The translations under genes were made by a program, and so were the position numbers. A model generated the notes under the pieces. That model searched no databases. It saw only the letters and a program-made list of their open reading frames with translations, and was not told the DNA's origin. A stretch of DNA of 64,000 bases from the human T2T-CHM13v2.0 reference genome, Homo sapiens: assembly GCF_009914755.1 (NCBI RefSeq), contig NC_060942.1; one strand, 5' to 3'. Within the stretch, counting starts at the first letter, position 1. Each line of letters opens with the position of its first letter. Below are positions 12,733 to 26,503 of the stretch, one piece after another.

Positions 12733-14489
12733 TATGTTACATATGTTATAATATACAGATATACTGCAAGTGTTTTTTTCCAGTCATTGACATAGTTTTT
12801 CATTTTCATAACAATGTACTTGTAAAGAGAAGTGGGTGAAGTCCAATTTATCTTTTTCTTTTCATGTTGAGGGATCATGTCTTTAGTGGTATAACTAAGA
12901 GATGTTTGCCATTTGAAATTATGAGTGTATGCCATCTTATATACATTGCAAAGTATAATTTGAAGTTAATTTATTTGTATGTTGATATCCAATTTTTTAG
13001 CACATTTTGTTTAAAACACCTTTTCCCACTGAATTGCCTGTGTACCTTTGTCAAAAATCAATTGATCATGTTTGCGTAGGTCAATGCCTGGACTGTCCAT
13101 TCTATTATTGTGTTCCATTGATCTGTGTGTCTATTCTTGCATTTGACAGTGGTTTTTGAGGTTTAAGATAAAAATTGAAAGAAAAAAGAAATTAGTTTTA
13201 TTATAAAACTGTTGAGAGCCATATATTTCATATTTCAATATTGAAGCTCAGAGTAGAAATTGTAAAAATTCTAAGCATGACTTCATAAACACATATATGC
13301 ATTAAAATCTAATTATTTGTTTTTGTTGTCTCTTTATTTAGATAAAGTACAATGGAAAATAAGTCCAAATTATTCACTTTTGAAATAGTCATAACCACAT
13401 GTATATCATCTTTTGAAAGGTACATTTTTGTGGATTAAACTTTTTATTTCTGGAAAGTAAAATGAACTTTGTGATGTCTTTTCTCTATATTTTTGGTTGG
13501 GAGGAGTAACTAGAATTCCTCTCCTAAATTAGCATTGAATAGCATTCTGTAGAATATTAAAAAATAAAAATCAAAGAATGAGTTACTAAAACTCCTCATA
13601 AACCACTTGCAGATACAACTGAGAATTGCCCATTGCATTGGTGAGAAATCAAGATGTGATTTCTTGGAGGATACTTTTAGAAGCATGTTTGGTTTTCATG
13701 AGTGAGAGATTAGTGAAGATTTGGATTTCAAAAAGAGAAAATATTATTTCAAAGTGTTTGGTAGATAACAGAAAGCCAGAAGGAGCAGCCACCCAGGAAG
13801 CTGCAATATCACATTAAAAGTTTTGACTTTGCAGCAATAAAATCACATAGTCAGCATTTTAGAAGTGATTGAGAGTCCTAATTTCATAATGCCTCATCTT
13901 CCTGTTTCACTTTGTCACTGACATAAATGTAAGCTGATGATCTGTTCAATATCAGATTTGTCATCTTCACACTGGCCTTTGTATATTCTCGTCTGAGATA
14001 ATCTTATACTGCACTACTCCCCCTAAAATCTTCCATTAGGTTATCTGAAACACCCTTCCATTTTTTTTTATAAACAGTTGTTCTGCTTCTATGTCTTAAA
14101 ATAAAACTGGATTATTTTCTTAGAGCATTAACTCCTAATACATGACTGAATGACTGAGGGAAACTAGAAGGGTGAATATGTATTCTCTTTGATTTCCTTT
14201 GCTATTTTGCTTCATCTCATAAATTTTAGAATCGTATGAAGGATTTGGGGAGAATCCCAAAAGAAAAGAGTTCTTTCCAATTTGATCTTAGTTTTATTAT
14301 GATTCATATGATACACTTAGCAAGGTAAATTATGTTGCCTAGATCTTCTACTGCCTTGCTATTAGTTTGCTTAGTATATCAGTTTCTGAGATGATTCTAT
14401 TTAAATTCCCAGTATTATTGTATATTTATCAGTGTTTCTTTATGTTTCAATTATATTTTGTTTCATAATGTGAACATGACTACCTGTAT

Positions 14490-14954
14490 CAGTTATAACA
14501 TAGCTATTAGAACTAAGAACTGAGACTACATGTATCAGTAAAGCTTGGTTGTTTGTCCTTTGTATGAGAAAGATGAGAATTTAAACATCTGCTTGAGAAT
14601 ATTCCTGCTAATTAATTTATCTGGGACAATTGTCTGCTCACTGGGGCAAACAGCTTTCTTATGAAGCAGTTTTACTTATCAATATTTCCTTCAAGAACCT
14701 CATCTCACTATGCCCACCAATCCTAAACTATCACAGCACAAATTTTGTTCAATTCATTTCAGTTCTCCATCTTAACAGATACCTTAAATTACTTAAGCCT
14801 AGACTCTAAATCCTATAAATATTCTCCCTTTTCTTCCCCCTCTGACATATGATTAAGACTATTAAGGTAACATTATCTCTAACTGCGACAAATTTAATGA
14901 ATACAACTTTGATTTATTTATAGGTTATCTGATGGTATCTTGGAGAATTAAACA
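14490..14954 (+). mobile_element. ERV1 LTR, MER34/MER39-like
   Basis: TATA-like CCTATAAATA, then U5-like end AGGTTATCTGATGGTATCTTGGAG...ACA resembling MER34-family termini. Confidence 0.45.
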
Positions 14955-15439
14955 ATATATTTAGGGGGCTTAAAAATTAATGTTTGCAAATTCCAAAATA
15001 TGTTCAGTTATACTTAACTTGAATGAGCTTTGTATATATATGTTTTCATAGTTTTGATTCTTGTATGATTTCTTTAAACTTATCATCCAATTCACCAATG
15101 CTCTCTTCATCTACTGCTACTTTATTGTTCAACCTATCTCTCTCTCACATATATATGCAAGAGGTATCTATCTATCTATATATATATTCAAGAATATATC
15201 TAGATATATTTTTAATTTCTAGAATATATATTTGTATTTCCTTCAAATATAGCAGTTCTTTTTTCCCAGGTCATAAAATTTTGTTAATTTTGTTTTGTAG
15301 ATTCTTTGTCTTTTAATGATAAAAATATTTGTATAATTTACCTTTAAAGTAATTAAATTAATAACACATTGACAATATTGTTCTGGGGTGATAGCTTTAG
15401 TCTTTTTTTTGGCATGACCTGTCTTTTGGGCCAATTATA

Positions 15440-15640
15440 TATCAGAAGAGTCTTCAGTCACTGAGTAACAGCTCTGCCTCAGTATCTTAATCACAGTCAA
15501 TCATTGACTAAGAGCAGCTAAGAGGTGTGGCCTTGGTGCAAACATGGTGATGGATTTCAGGATGCAGCTACTTGACCCTTGGGTCAATTAATCCCCATGT
15601 AGTTGGATATCAGCAAGACACATCCTCATGGCTGGCATAG
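15440..15640 (-). mobile_element. ERVL LTR fragment (LTR16-like)
   Basis: GGTGTGGCCTTGGTGCAAACATGGTGATGGATTTCAG..GCAGC resembles the LTR16 family. Confidence 0.4.
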
Positions 15641-17029
15641 TGTGTATAGCCTGCTCATGAACCTGGGGTCCTGACTCATATGCTAATATTAATCTAGGCT
15701 AGGGGATGCAGATTTTCCTTTTCCCCATTCCCAAAAACTGCTTGCTTCTTTGTAATCTGGTACTTAACTGGGAGATTAGTTTCCCATTTCTAGTGTGCGT
15801 AATATGTATGGCCACAGCCCTCTTTCCCATAGAAGCATTAAACATTAAGATATGTTTCTAATCCCAGGACTATCATCAGTCTTTTCTTTCTTTCTCACAC
15901 TTGATAATTTCTAGTTGTGATTTTCAAGCACTGTTACTTACTTTACACATGGTTTAAAATATTTTATCCTCTAATTTTATGTATTTGGAGTGAAATGAAA
16001 ACTTGCCCATGCTTGCTCAACATAACATCTTGATTGGAACTCTATTTTGGGAATTTATATTTTCCTATAAAATTGATCTTTTATTATTTTCCAAGCATTC
16101 ATGTGTATATTACCATTTAAAAATATCTCCTGTATCTGCACTTATTAGTAGGCTAGGGAGAGACAAACATTGATCTTTAATGGCCATGTGTCCTTCTTTC
16201 CAAGATGCTTGGCAGAGTAGACTGGCAGAGCTAAGACTATTCAAAGAAGTACAGTGAGATCTTTGGTGATACTGGCCAGTCTGGTATTCCAACTCTCTAG
16301 CTGAGCTCCTGAAACTTTTCTAGATTATGTACTGGGCCAGAAGTATCTCTATTACCCAGAAAACTAGGTACCTTTACATGCTCTTAGCCAGACTTGTAAA
16401 TATCCATAGGGTGGAGGCAGAGTTCCTCCTACTGGAATGTTCTACATGGCAGTCAGCTAAAAGGATCAAAGCAGGCCTCTCTACAAAACAATCACAGAGG
16501 CAGAGAATCCTGTGAGCTCTTTTTCATTTAAGTTGTTCTCAGTAAATCTTATCATATCTGACCATAGTATTCATTAGGACCTGTACAACACTCACAACTA
16601 AGACACAGCTATTAAGACTCATTCTGGATCCCTACAACCCCCTCTTTCTCAGTGTTTCTCATTTCAGACTGTTGGTATTTTGTTCTCATTCCAAATTGTG
16701 CATGATTAATTCTTCTTTTCAGTAATTATATTTATAACTTTTGGATATTTTTATGGTTTCATTTTGGTTTCAATGAGCCAGACCTTGGGAGTCTTACTCT
16801 TGTATTTATATTTACATTTTCACAATTTCCTTTCTTCTCCTTTCCTTCCACATATTTGCCAGAAGTTACTTTCTAATTGCTTTTCTTATTGTGGTTCTGG
16901 GCCTTAGATATCAGTTGGTGAGTGTTTCATGTCATTATGCATCCTTTTAGATTAGACACAGATATTAAATAATTTTTAAAATGTCTAAAAGAATTTGATG
17001 TGAAACCATCCTTAGAAAATAGAGCGATT

Positions 17030-17382
<353 letters not shown>

Positions 17383-19489
17383 CTAATTATAACATTTCTA
17401 TACCTCTCAAATCAATTGACAATGAATATCACAGAAAGCTTCTGGTCCTTTTTAGCACTGTTCATTATTATTTTTTAAAGTTTATTAACTGCCTGCATAC
17501 GTCAAGTATAATACAATGCCAACCAACAGTAATGAGAAAACTGTTTCCTCACAGTCAGGTTTGCTTTCTCTCTCAAACACTATCTTCACAGAGACGGTTC
17601 ACACTCAAAACCAATCTTCCAGATAAACTCCAGAAAACATACATATAGTGAGTTTGGGGTTGTGTAGAGACCCTTTGGCTGCAATACTGGTCATTCCCAA
17701 AGGCTGGGAATAGGCGTATTAGGAGCCTGCTACATTTGTAGTTTCCTCACCCCCGCTGGATTCTGTCCTATGTTAAATGGCATGAAATCCAAAAACAACC
17801 TGAAAAAGGGCATTGATATAGATGAAGGGAGGTCTTGCAGCTTTTTACTTATTTTTACATTCTTCTGCTAACTTCTCCTTTCTGTCCTGGAACAGGAAAT
17901 TAGATTAAACTTCAAGATAAAGTTAGTGGTATACTTCATATAAGAAAATGACTCTTCGTAGAAATATTAGTTTTGCTTATTTGAATTTGCTGAAACACTT
18001 TCTGATGTAGAAAAGGTTATGAGGGCCATAAGCTTGCATTTACCGTGAAATTATCACTATAAAAAAGTGGACAGAAAAAATGAAATGTAAGTTATAAAAA
18101 AGAATCAACAAAGTTAAATTTGTGACAAGATACTGAAAACCAGAGAAAATAAGTATCATTGAAATGGAAAGTAATAACACCATGTTCCTTGAAATAACTC
18201 AAGTTTTATTTCTAAAAAAGAAAAATATATGTATACTCAGAAATTCATTACTGGCAGGATCTATCCTAGCAAAATCAAAGGGAAGTAACAGAAATAAAAC
18301 TATGCTACTCCCTGACCCCACAAACTTCTGGACTCAGCTGTTTCTTAAACCTTCCAGTAGAATAAAAGAGTGAAAAATCCTGAAGGCTTATTGGGAAAAT
18401 CAGGGACCAGAACAATGAGTTAAAGAAACCTCTTAGAAATATCTTTTCATAGATCAAGGATTTAGAGAACATTAAAAAATAAATGGAAAAAGTCTATTCA
18501 TTTCCCCTTTAGTGATCTGGCATTTGTAGGAGAATAGATGAGTTTAGGTAATAAACTGTATATATTTGTAAGTATTGGTAGTCACTTATTAAGTGCGCAC
18601 CAAGCAATATTTCTACTGCAATAAACTCAAAGTACATTTCTAACATTTCGTAGCATTACATTGCATCTTGAACATTAAATTGAATTAGAACTAACAAAAA
18701 AGCTTTTGTATGTCCTTCTCCCTTAATTCTTTATATCTAAAATAGCTCCAGAAAAAAATATGACTAATGATAATGTGTGTCAGGTAAAGTATTATTGATT
18801 TGACAAAATTTAATCCTTTGTTTAGGTTGACTTTAAGTAAGACTACTCTCAACATAATATACAAATATTTTAGCCAAGGTAGTTTGTCTTTTGTTTAGCA
18901 GTTTTAGAAGGATTGTTTCTTAATATAGATAAAGGTAATTTAAATAAGGACATACATGTTGGTATAATTGAAGTAAAATATAGCTTAATGGGATAGTACA
19001 TTTTGAAGTGATATTTCAGCAAAATTCTTTTCATATGCCTCACATAACATGATCCTCAGTAAATGGAATCATCCGCAATTCAGTCACAGTTTGTGTTTGT
19101 AATTCTGCTGTAGAAAAACTCTTGGTAAGTATACATTTATGCTTTAGTTACCACCCAACATTTTCTGAAGTCATGCATTTTACAGTACCAACAATAGCAT
19201 AAAAATTTTCCTAAGTACTAGACTGGTGCTCCCTTTAGTAAATTCTCAGACTTAAAGAATATATGACCTGGAAGGAACCATGCGAATCATCAAGTATAAC
19301 ATGTAGCACCTTTTATGTCACAGAGTATATAAGTTATAGAGATTTTTAAGTGATTTGCCTCCAGTTAATGATTTGCTGAAAGAGGCTGCTGGAAAGCAAG
19401 TGTGAGCAGAAGAGATAAAGCCTGGGATTTTGGGTGCAAGGGCTCAAGTCTTCTCTTCTTACCTGTTGTCCTTTTCTTCATGTATTTAT

Positions 19490-20480
19490 ACATTCAACCA
19501 ATATTTCTTGAGCATCTACTATATACTAGTAGGCTTAGATGATATGCTGGTGAACAAAACAAACAAAAAAGACAAACTTTAAATTCCTTAGGGAGCTTAC
19601 AGTCTCCATTAATATCTAAAATAACAACTGCGATAACAGTGCAGCAGATATATATGTACGTGTGTGTGTGTGTGTGCGCGCGCGCGTGCATGCTAAACAC
19701 AGCATAAGTAATTAGGAAGGATTTCCTGAAGGTTTGAACTGATACCTGATGGGATTATAATAGTTGCCTTGGTAAAAGAGATAGTGACATGGGGTTCTGA
19801 GGGTAATACAGGAGGGAGTATTGTAAACACAGTGGATAGCATGAGGGGAGGCCCTGTTTCAGGAGCTGCTATTGCAACTTTGGGAAATGAAACAAGACCA
19901 GTGTGTCTGGAAGACAGACAGTGAGGGGTAGGTCTTTGGCAGGTGAAGCTTGTGTGGGAGTTAAGGAAGAGGCTCTCCAGGATCTGTAGTCTATTTGACT
20001 ATGCCCTCAGAGGAATGGGACATCAAGAAATAATCATAACATTCGGAAAAGAGGTGCAGACATGGTCATTTGTGTCTCAAAAAATAACTGGTAACAGAAT
20101 TTAGAAGGGATAGGGGAGAGACCCACCAAAACATTAGTAGACCAGTCAGGAAGCTGTTAGAGTAACCCTATATGTTAGTTTGGACTAGGGTGGTGGTGAT
20201 AGGTGGAGAAATGGAAGAACTTAAAAGATTTATGAGACATAAGAGCAACACAATTTTGTGGCTGGATCAGCACACAGGTGGTGAAGAGGGAGTTAATTAT
20301 CAAAGATGATTTCTTGGTTTCTAATTTGTACAATAAAATGCATAGCAGTATAATTGACTGATTTAGATAATACTGAAAGAGGTTTAGATGTAAAATTTGG
20401 TTATGATGCTTTTGAGACATTCAAGAGGAGATGTCAAATACATTTGCAAACACAGAGATTTGGAACTTAAATAAAGGTCA
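19490..20480 (-). mobile_element. L2 LINE fragment
   Basis: CATTCAACCAATATTTCTTGAGCATCTACTAT (antisense L2 tail), continuing through L2 body motifs (TGAGACATTCAAGAGGAGATGTCAA). Confidence 0.75.
19648..19693. repeat. Alternating purine-pyrimidine tract (AT)n-(GT)n-(GC)n
   Basis: ATATATATGTACGTGTGTGTGTGTGTGTGCGCGCGCGCGTGCATGC. Confidence 0.9.
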
Positions 20481-21930
20481 GATATGAAAATGAGTTTGTA
20501 GATCAGAGGTGCTCTTCATTGGACCATATTGCCTATGTTCATTTTACATACTCTTTCATCTAAAAGGGGTAGAAATATTATTTGTCTGATTAAGTTGGGG
20601 GAAAAATGTGCTCATAGTCTTTGAAAATATTATTTTTATGTATTAAAGAACCCAGAATATCAGATAAAACATGATTTTGAGCTTAAAGTACATTTATTTC
20701 TCTATATTAAATTTTTCTTCTTGTCTATTCAATTTATGTTGTCATAGAACAACTTCTTCAGTTCCATATACTGCTTTAGCTTCCAAAATTAAGAGCAGAA
20801 TTCTTAATTCTTAGGCCCTTTTATGTGCTTGACTGTTAGATAGTTTATCACTGGTTGACTGTTGGCTGGTTGGCTTTTTATGGCACTTGGAACAAACTCT
20901 TGGCAATCTTATAGGGGAATACGATTCTGGTTATTTGTAAACTCATTCTACTATTTTTATCTTTGAGAATTATTGAGTTTGCCTCTTCATTTCTCAAACT
21001 CAACTTATTTGTTCATTAGTTGAGAGTTTAGCACTACATGGTATGAAAAACTTATTTCCCTTTCTTTAAATTTAAGTGGTGATAGTTTACAGCTTTTTAA
21101 ATGTAACACATATTATCTTTTTCTCTCTTTTTTTTCATAATAAGTTCAGTACTCCGACATTAGGAATATTAGCTGGAATGTTAGAGTTTTAAGAAAGCTT
21201 TGTGGAATAAGAATTTGTTATCTCTACCTTCTTGCTTGAAGTATCTTAATACTGCTGTGCTCCAGATGACATTTTAGTGTTACTTTCATCTAATGCTACA
21301 TTAGTTACCATATGTTCTAAAAGTTCATTTATAATTGATGTTTGTCATTGTTTCTTTAGCTTCCTCACCTCTTGCATCTCCTTTCTTACACTCCTGCCAA
21401 AATTCAACCATGAGCTCAGTTCTCCATGGGTACTTCTATAGTGAATCAGTAATTGTACTATATGAAAGCTTATAGTTTTTATACTCACACAATTTAGTTA
21501 CAACAAATATATCTTTCTAAACATTCTTGTAATGAAACAAAATATGCACAGGACACTTGCTGAAAATTTTTGATGATAGTCTTTTTATAACTTCATATAG
21601 TAGCCGATCCTCTTTCCTCAACAGGTAACTTAGAGATTGTTATTTATGTTGAAACTAAAGAAGCTTTTTAGAGTAACCTTTAAATTATTTGCTTAATCCT
21701 CTTCTTATTGTTTTAGCTTGCTTTTTATACTTTTAATTCATTCATAAGGTTTGTGTATTTTCTTGTTTAAATTAAATTATTTGAGTTGATTAAATGATGG
21801 TCCTGATAATCTGATATGTTCATGGTCATATGAACATGATATGTTCAGTTTGGCTTGTGCTTGTTATCTAGACTCAATTTCCAGACCTCAGACTGTACTT
21901 GTGATATCAGGCAGATTTCTTGGGTTTTCT

Positions 21931-22288
<358 letters not shown>

Positions 22289-23094
22289 TAGGCAAATAAG
22301 TAGCTAAATCAAATATTATACTTTATTGCCCTGTAGGACATTAATCAGTTCTGAATCCAATGCAGCAAACTTATTCTAACTTGCCTTTATTAAATTTCTT
22401 TTAAAAGTGTAGTCATATAAATCTGTGATATGTGTTCATTTTCTATTTTATAAGCGAGGTCTTAAAAACTTTTAAAAATTACATTCCAGCACTTTGGGAG
22501 GATATTCTCTTAGATGCTCAAGTGGACTAATAGGATGGAGAGACAATCAACTATGTCTCTTGTGAAGTGTTCCTCATAGGCTGCTGAACCTTGGTCCGGG
22601 TAACTCCTGAGCTGCAATGCAATTTCAACTTTGTGATTCTCTATTTCTCTATATTTTATTTTTTCCTCCCTCCTGATTTTGTGATTTTGTTTCTGTCATC
22701 AGTTCATGTATGACCAATAAATTGTTTTCTATTGTCTGCAGTAGTGGTTAAGAACGTTGTTTTTCCTGATCATTTTGGTAATTTTTTGTTAGATGAATGA
22801 TGAAGATCTATTCTCCTTTCAGTAAGAGATAATTGGGAATCTGATTAGGTGGTCTTTTTGTTTGTTTGTCTCTTGGTCTACTTATGAGCCCAATCAATTA
22901 AGAATTTCATTCATAGCAGCTCCTTGAGATACTGACTGATGAGTTTCTGTTTTTGTGCTTACGTTTATCCTATGGCTGGATATGCAGAACTGAATCTACA
23001 AGCTCTCTGTGCATCTGTGTCTGTCTTTTTGTGTCTGTCTTTTTGTGTCTGTAATTAATGAAGTCGTGGCTTCCTCTCCCTGAGTATAAAATGT

Positions 23095-23630
23095 TTTTCT
23101 TCCGTGGTCCCCAGCCTCCAAGGTGACCGTGGTTATCCCTGCCTCCTAGTATTTATTTATTTTTTTTTTTAGTAGTTGTCTCCATATTATACCAGAGTTG
23201 GTCTGGGTGGCTAACAATTTCTGAGGGATATTGTAGTCATGTGGTCTCTCAAATTAGGATATAAAAGAAGGTGGTTACTTCCATCATGGGTATGCTTTCT
23301 TACTCCCCCTTTCCCTCGCATCACGTGCTCTGGAGAAAGGCAGCTGCCATGTTGTGAGAAATGTTATGAACAGACTCATGTGATGAGAAACTGAAGCCCA
23401 CACTCAGGGATCAGCTTAAGCCTCCCGTGAGTATGTTTGGAAGCAGCTGTTGAGCTTTGAGATTATTCCGGCTCTGGACAGCAGTCTGACTGCAACCTCA
23501 TCAGAGATCCTAGCAAAGCCACCCAGCCATTTCTGCGTTTCTGACCCTCAGAAACTGTGTGATGTAGTAAAGGTTTGTTGTTTTAAGGCTACTAAATTTG
23601 GGGGTAATTCTTTAAGCTATAATAACTAAC
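23095..23630 (+). mobile_element. MLT1F-like LTR
   Basis: CAGCCTCCAAGGTGAC, GCAGCTGCCATGTTGTGAG, TGACTGCAACCTCAT, CTGACCCTCAGAAACTGTG, terminal AATTTGGGGGTAATT..TAACTAACA. Confidence 0.8.
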
Positions 23631-24509
23631 ACCCCTCTCAGGAGAATATTAATAAACATCTCTCAAATTAAAAATGCTCTATTCTGATTGATTTGTAATG
23701 ATAAATAGTTACTTATGTAAATCTAATATCCCTCAAACCCATAAAAAATAAAAAATTTGAACTTCTAATAATTTACATGTGAAATTTAAAAATTTATGAA
23801 AACTGCTGGCTCCAAAATGTCTTAATACAAGGGCACAACATCATAAAGTTACGATGATTCATTGCCCAAATTATGGTAGTATAATAATTTTGGTTAAATG
23901 AATGATGCCTATGTTTTTCCCTTGATTTTTAACAGTAAAAAATATTAAATTAGAATATATTTTATTACTGGTAAAATAAGATTTGGGCCTTTCTCATAAA
24001 ACTATGAGTTAATTTGAATTTTTTCTACTATTTACAATGGTTCACTCATAAAATAGACTAATCTTGTGTAACCGTTAAAATTCTGAAAAATATACATTTG
24101 TGTCCAACTAAATTGAATGATACTTCTGACAAATTTTTATATTTACTGTGATTATGTTTTCTACATATGACTTTGAACATCGTGTCCAAAACCTTTAGGT
24201 ATCTTAAAATCCTGGGATAATATTAAATTGAATTAATGGCTAATCATTTGCTACCTAGTGTCCAAGTAATGATTCTGACCACAGAGGCATTTTTTATGTA
24301 CAGGTAGATCTATGGAACATATTAACAAATGTATTCATTTTCCCTATTTTAAGAAGGTGTAAAGGGGTGTGTAGCTCTAGAAAATTGTGAGCTTTTCTAG
24401 TTTAATAAAATGTTTATGTATGAAAATTTTCAATTACCTTCCTCATTTTTTCTGTGAAATATTAGTACTTAGGTAAAAAATAATAACTAATGTGGTTATT
24501 TGAGACTAA

Positions 24510-24513
<4 letters not shown>

Positions 24514-24544
<31 letters not shown>

Positions 24545-24826
24545 GACGCGGGGTATCACTCTATTGGCCAGATTGTAGTGAAGTGGTATGATCAGGGCTC
24601 ACCGCAGCCTCTGCCTCTGGGCTCTAGTGATCCTCTTACCTCAGCCTCCCTAGTAGCTGGGACTATAAGCCTGCACCACCAGGCCCAGCTAACTATTTTT
24701 TATTTTTGCAGAGATGGTGTCTCATTATGTTGCTCAGGCTGGTCTCAAACTCCTTGGCTCAAGCAGTCCATCCACCTTGGCCCCCTGAAGTTTTGGGATT
24801 ACAAGCATGAGCCACTGCATCCAGCC
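24514..24826 (-). mobile_element. AluJ SINE whose tail has become a (TG)n microsatellite
   Basis: AluJ-type GGCTCAAGC. TSD AGACTAAGCAA at 24503-24513 and 24828-24838. Confidence 0.92.
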
Positions 24827-26503
24827 AAGACTAAGCAATATTGACAGAACATTACAACCATCTTCTCAAGTTATCGAATGGGAGTTTGTTTTTCAGAAAA
24901 TCAGAGAATAGGTTTGGCCTAAATAAAGTATGTTTGTTTTAGAACAGGAAAGATAATACTGAAGGGCAAAACTTCCATATTTGTTCTAAGTTTTAAAGGA
25001 TATGGGGAAAGGGAATAAAATTTACTTCAGTTTATAATATCTAAATCAAAAGAGAAACTAAGAAATATGTTAAATTTTGATAATTTTAACAGAGGAATAA
25101 TGACAATTATGTTTGCTGAGTTTGACAGGCTTAGTCTAAGATAATTTTTTTAAGAATGAGAGGAAAAGTCTAAAACTTATACTACCAAATATTGATGTAA
25201 AACTAGAATTTTGTTTTCCCTTTATTAAAATTATGAGTTAGCTTTCAAACTCTTAAAGATACTGAGTTACTATTCTTTACATTTTGTATAATCAGTATAG
25301 GTAACAAAGATTCTCTATCGCACTAAAATAATTTTCTCTGAGTAAACTTTGAAGTGTTTTAGTTATTAAAGAAAAAACTTTCTGCAGTTGTGAAAGAGCC
25401 AGTGTTCTTTACAAAGAGATAATTATGTTGTGTTTTATTTTTAAATATTTTATGATACCTTGATTAAATAAGTAACCAGTATTGATTCTATTTTAATCAA
25501 ATAACCAAATCTTGTTTGGTTATTCTTTTGCATTCCCAAGATGAGGCCTTAAAATCAGAAAAAGATATTCATCATGTCTTTTACACCTAAAAACATTTTT
25601 GAAATTCCCAAAGGGTCCCTGGAAAATAGGCATATTTCACTTTCTAAAAGAGGGATGCTAGAAATAATTTGGTGCTCTCAGCATGCTCCATATGTCATAA
25701 TTGGTTCAACTCCACTGGAATGCTCGTATGTAGAGTTACATACTAGAAAGGTCAAATCAGAAGAAATGTTCAGCTTTCCATAAGATAAATTATGTAGAAA
25801 AATAGTATACAGAATATATTATTTTCTTCAGTTTGAATATTTGAAAATACTCAACAGACTCACTTGACATACTCACAGGAGGCTTTTATTTAAAAGCAAA
25901 GATATGGTGCAGTGGTGCGTGAGAGGAAAAGAATATAGGCAAGTGTCGGGGGTCCCAGGGACTTTCTGCAGCTCCAGTTCTCCTGGGGCCCTTTCGTTGA
26001 GCACACAGGGCCCAGCTGAATATCTGCCTTATTTTGCCAACATCTGTGTGAAAAGTCTTGATTACAGGACAGCTCACTGAAAAAGTGTTTAGTTATTTTT
26101 TAAGTAATCAAATAAGACTTGTCAAATCATTTAGGTCAGTTCCAAATCTTCAGTGAAGAAACTAAACCTGAGGTGGCCAGGGGAGTTTGGAACCTTAAAC
26201 TGCATATTATTAATTCCACTGTCTTTATCTTGGCCAAGAGTAAAAAAAAAAATCAATAACAACAAAAATTCCACAAATATTCAGGCATCCCCAGAGATAA
26301 AAATAGAATGGCTTTTGAGTACCAGCTTGAAAGCTGACGTTATTTGAATAATGTTCTGATTGTAAATAAAGTTCTTTGTAAATTCAGGGTTCCAGGGATC
26401 CTGTCATTCCTGAAGCTGACATGTTTAATGAAAGCAGACTTCTGACTCAAGATTGAGCAGAAGGAGAATGAATGAAACAACTGGATGAACTAATAATAGA
26501 AAT

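Larger units (their letters stand above)
11640..13140 (-). mobile_element. Old L1M 3' region
   Basis: GGTTGTTTCCAGGTTTGG, TTTCTCTAATGAACAATGATGTTGAATATCT, TTCCATTGATCT. Confidence 0.7.
22480..26503 (+). mobile_element. Possible degraded non-autonomous ERV1 internal sequence (interrupted by MLT1 and AluJ; may continue at 27890-28800)
   Basis: General resemblance to MER4-group internal sequences. No gag/pol ORF. Weak recognition only. Confidence 0.3.

Noticed and set aside
15193-15210. Perfect 18-bp palindrome AATATATCTAGATATATT
   Set aside because: It lies in TA-rich low-complexity sequence where such palindromes arise readily.
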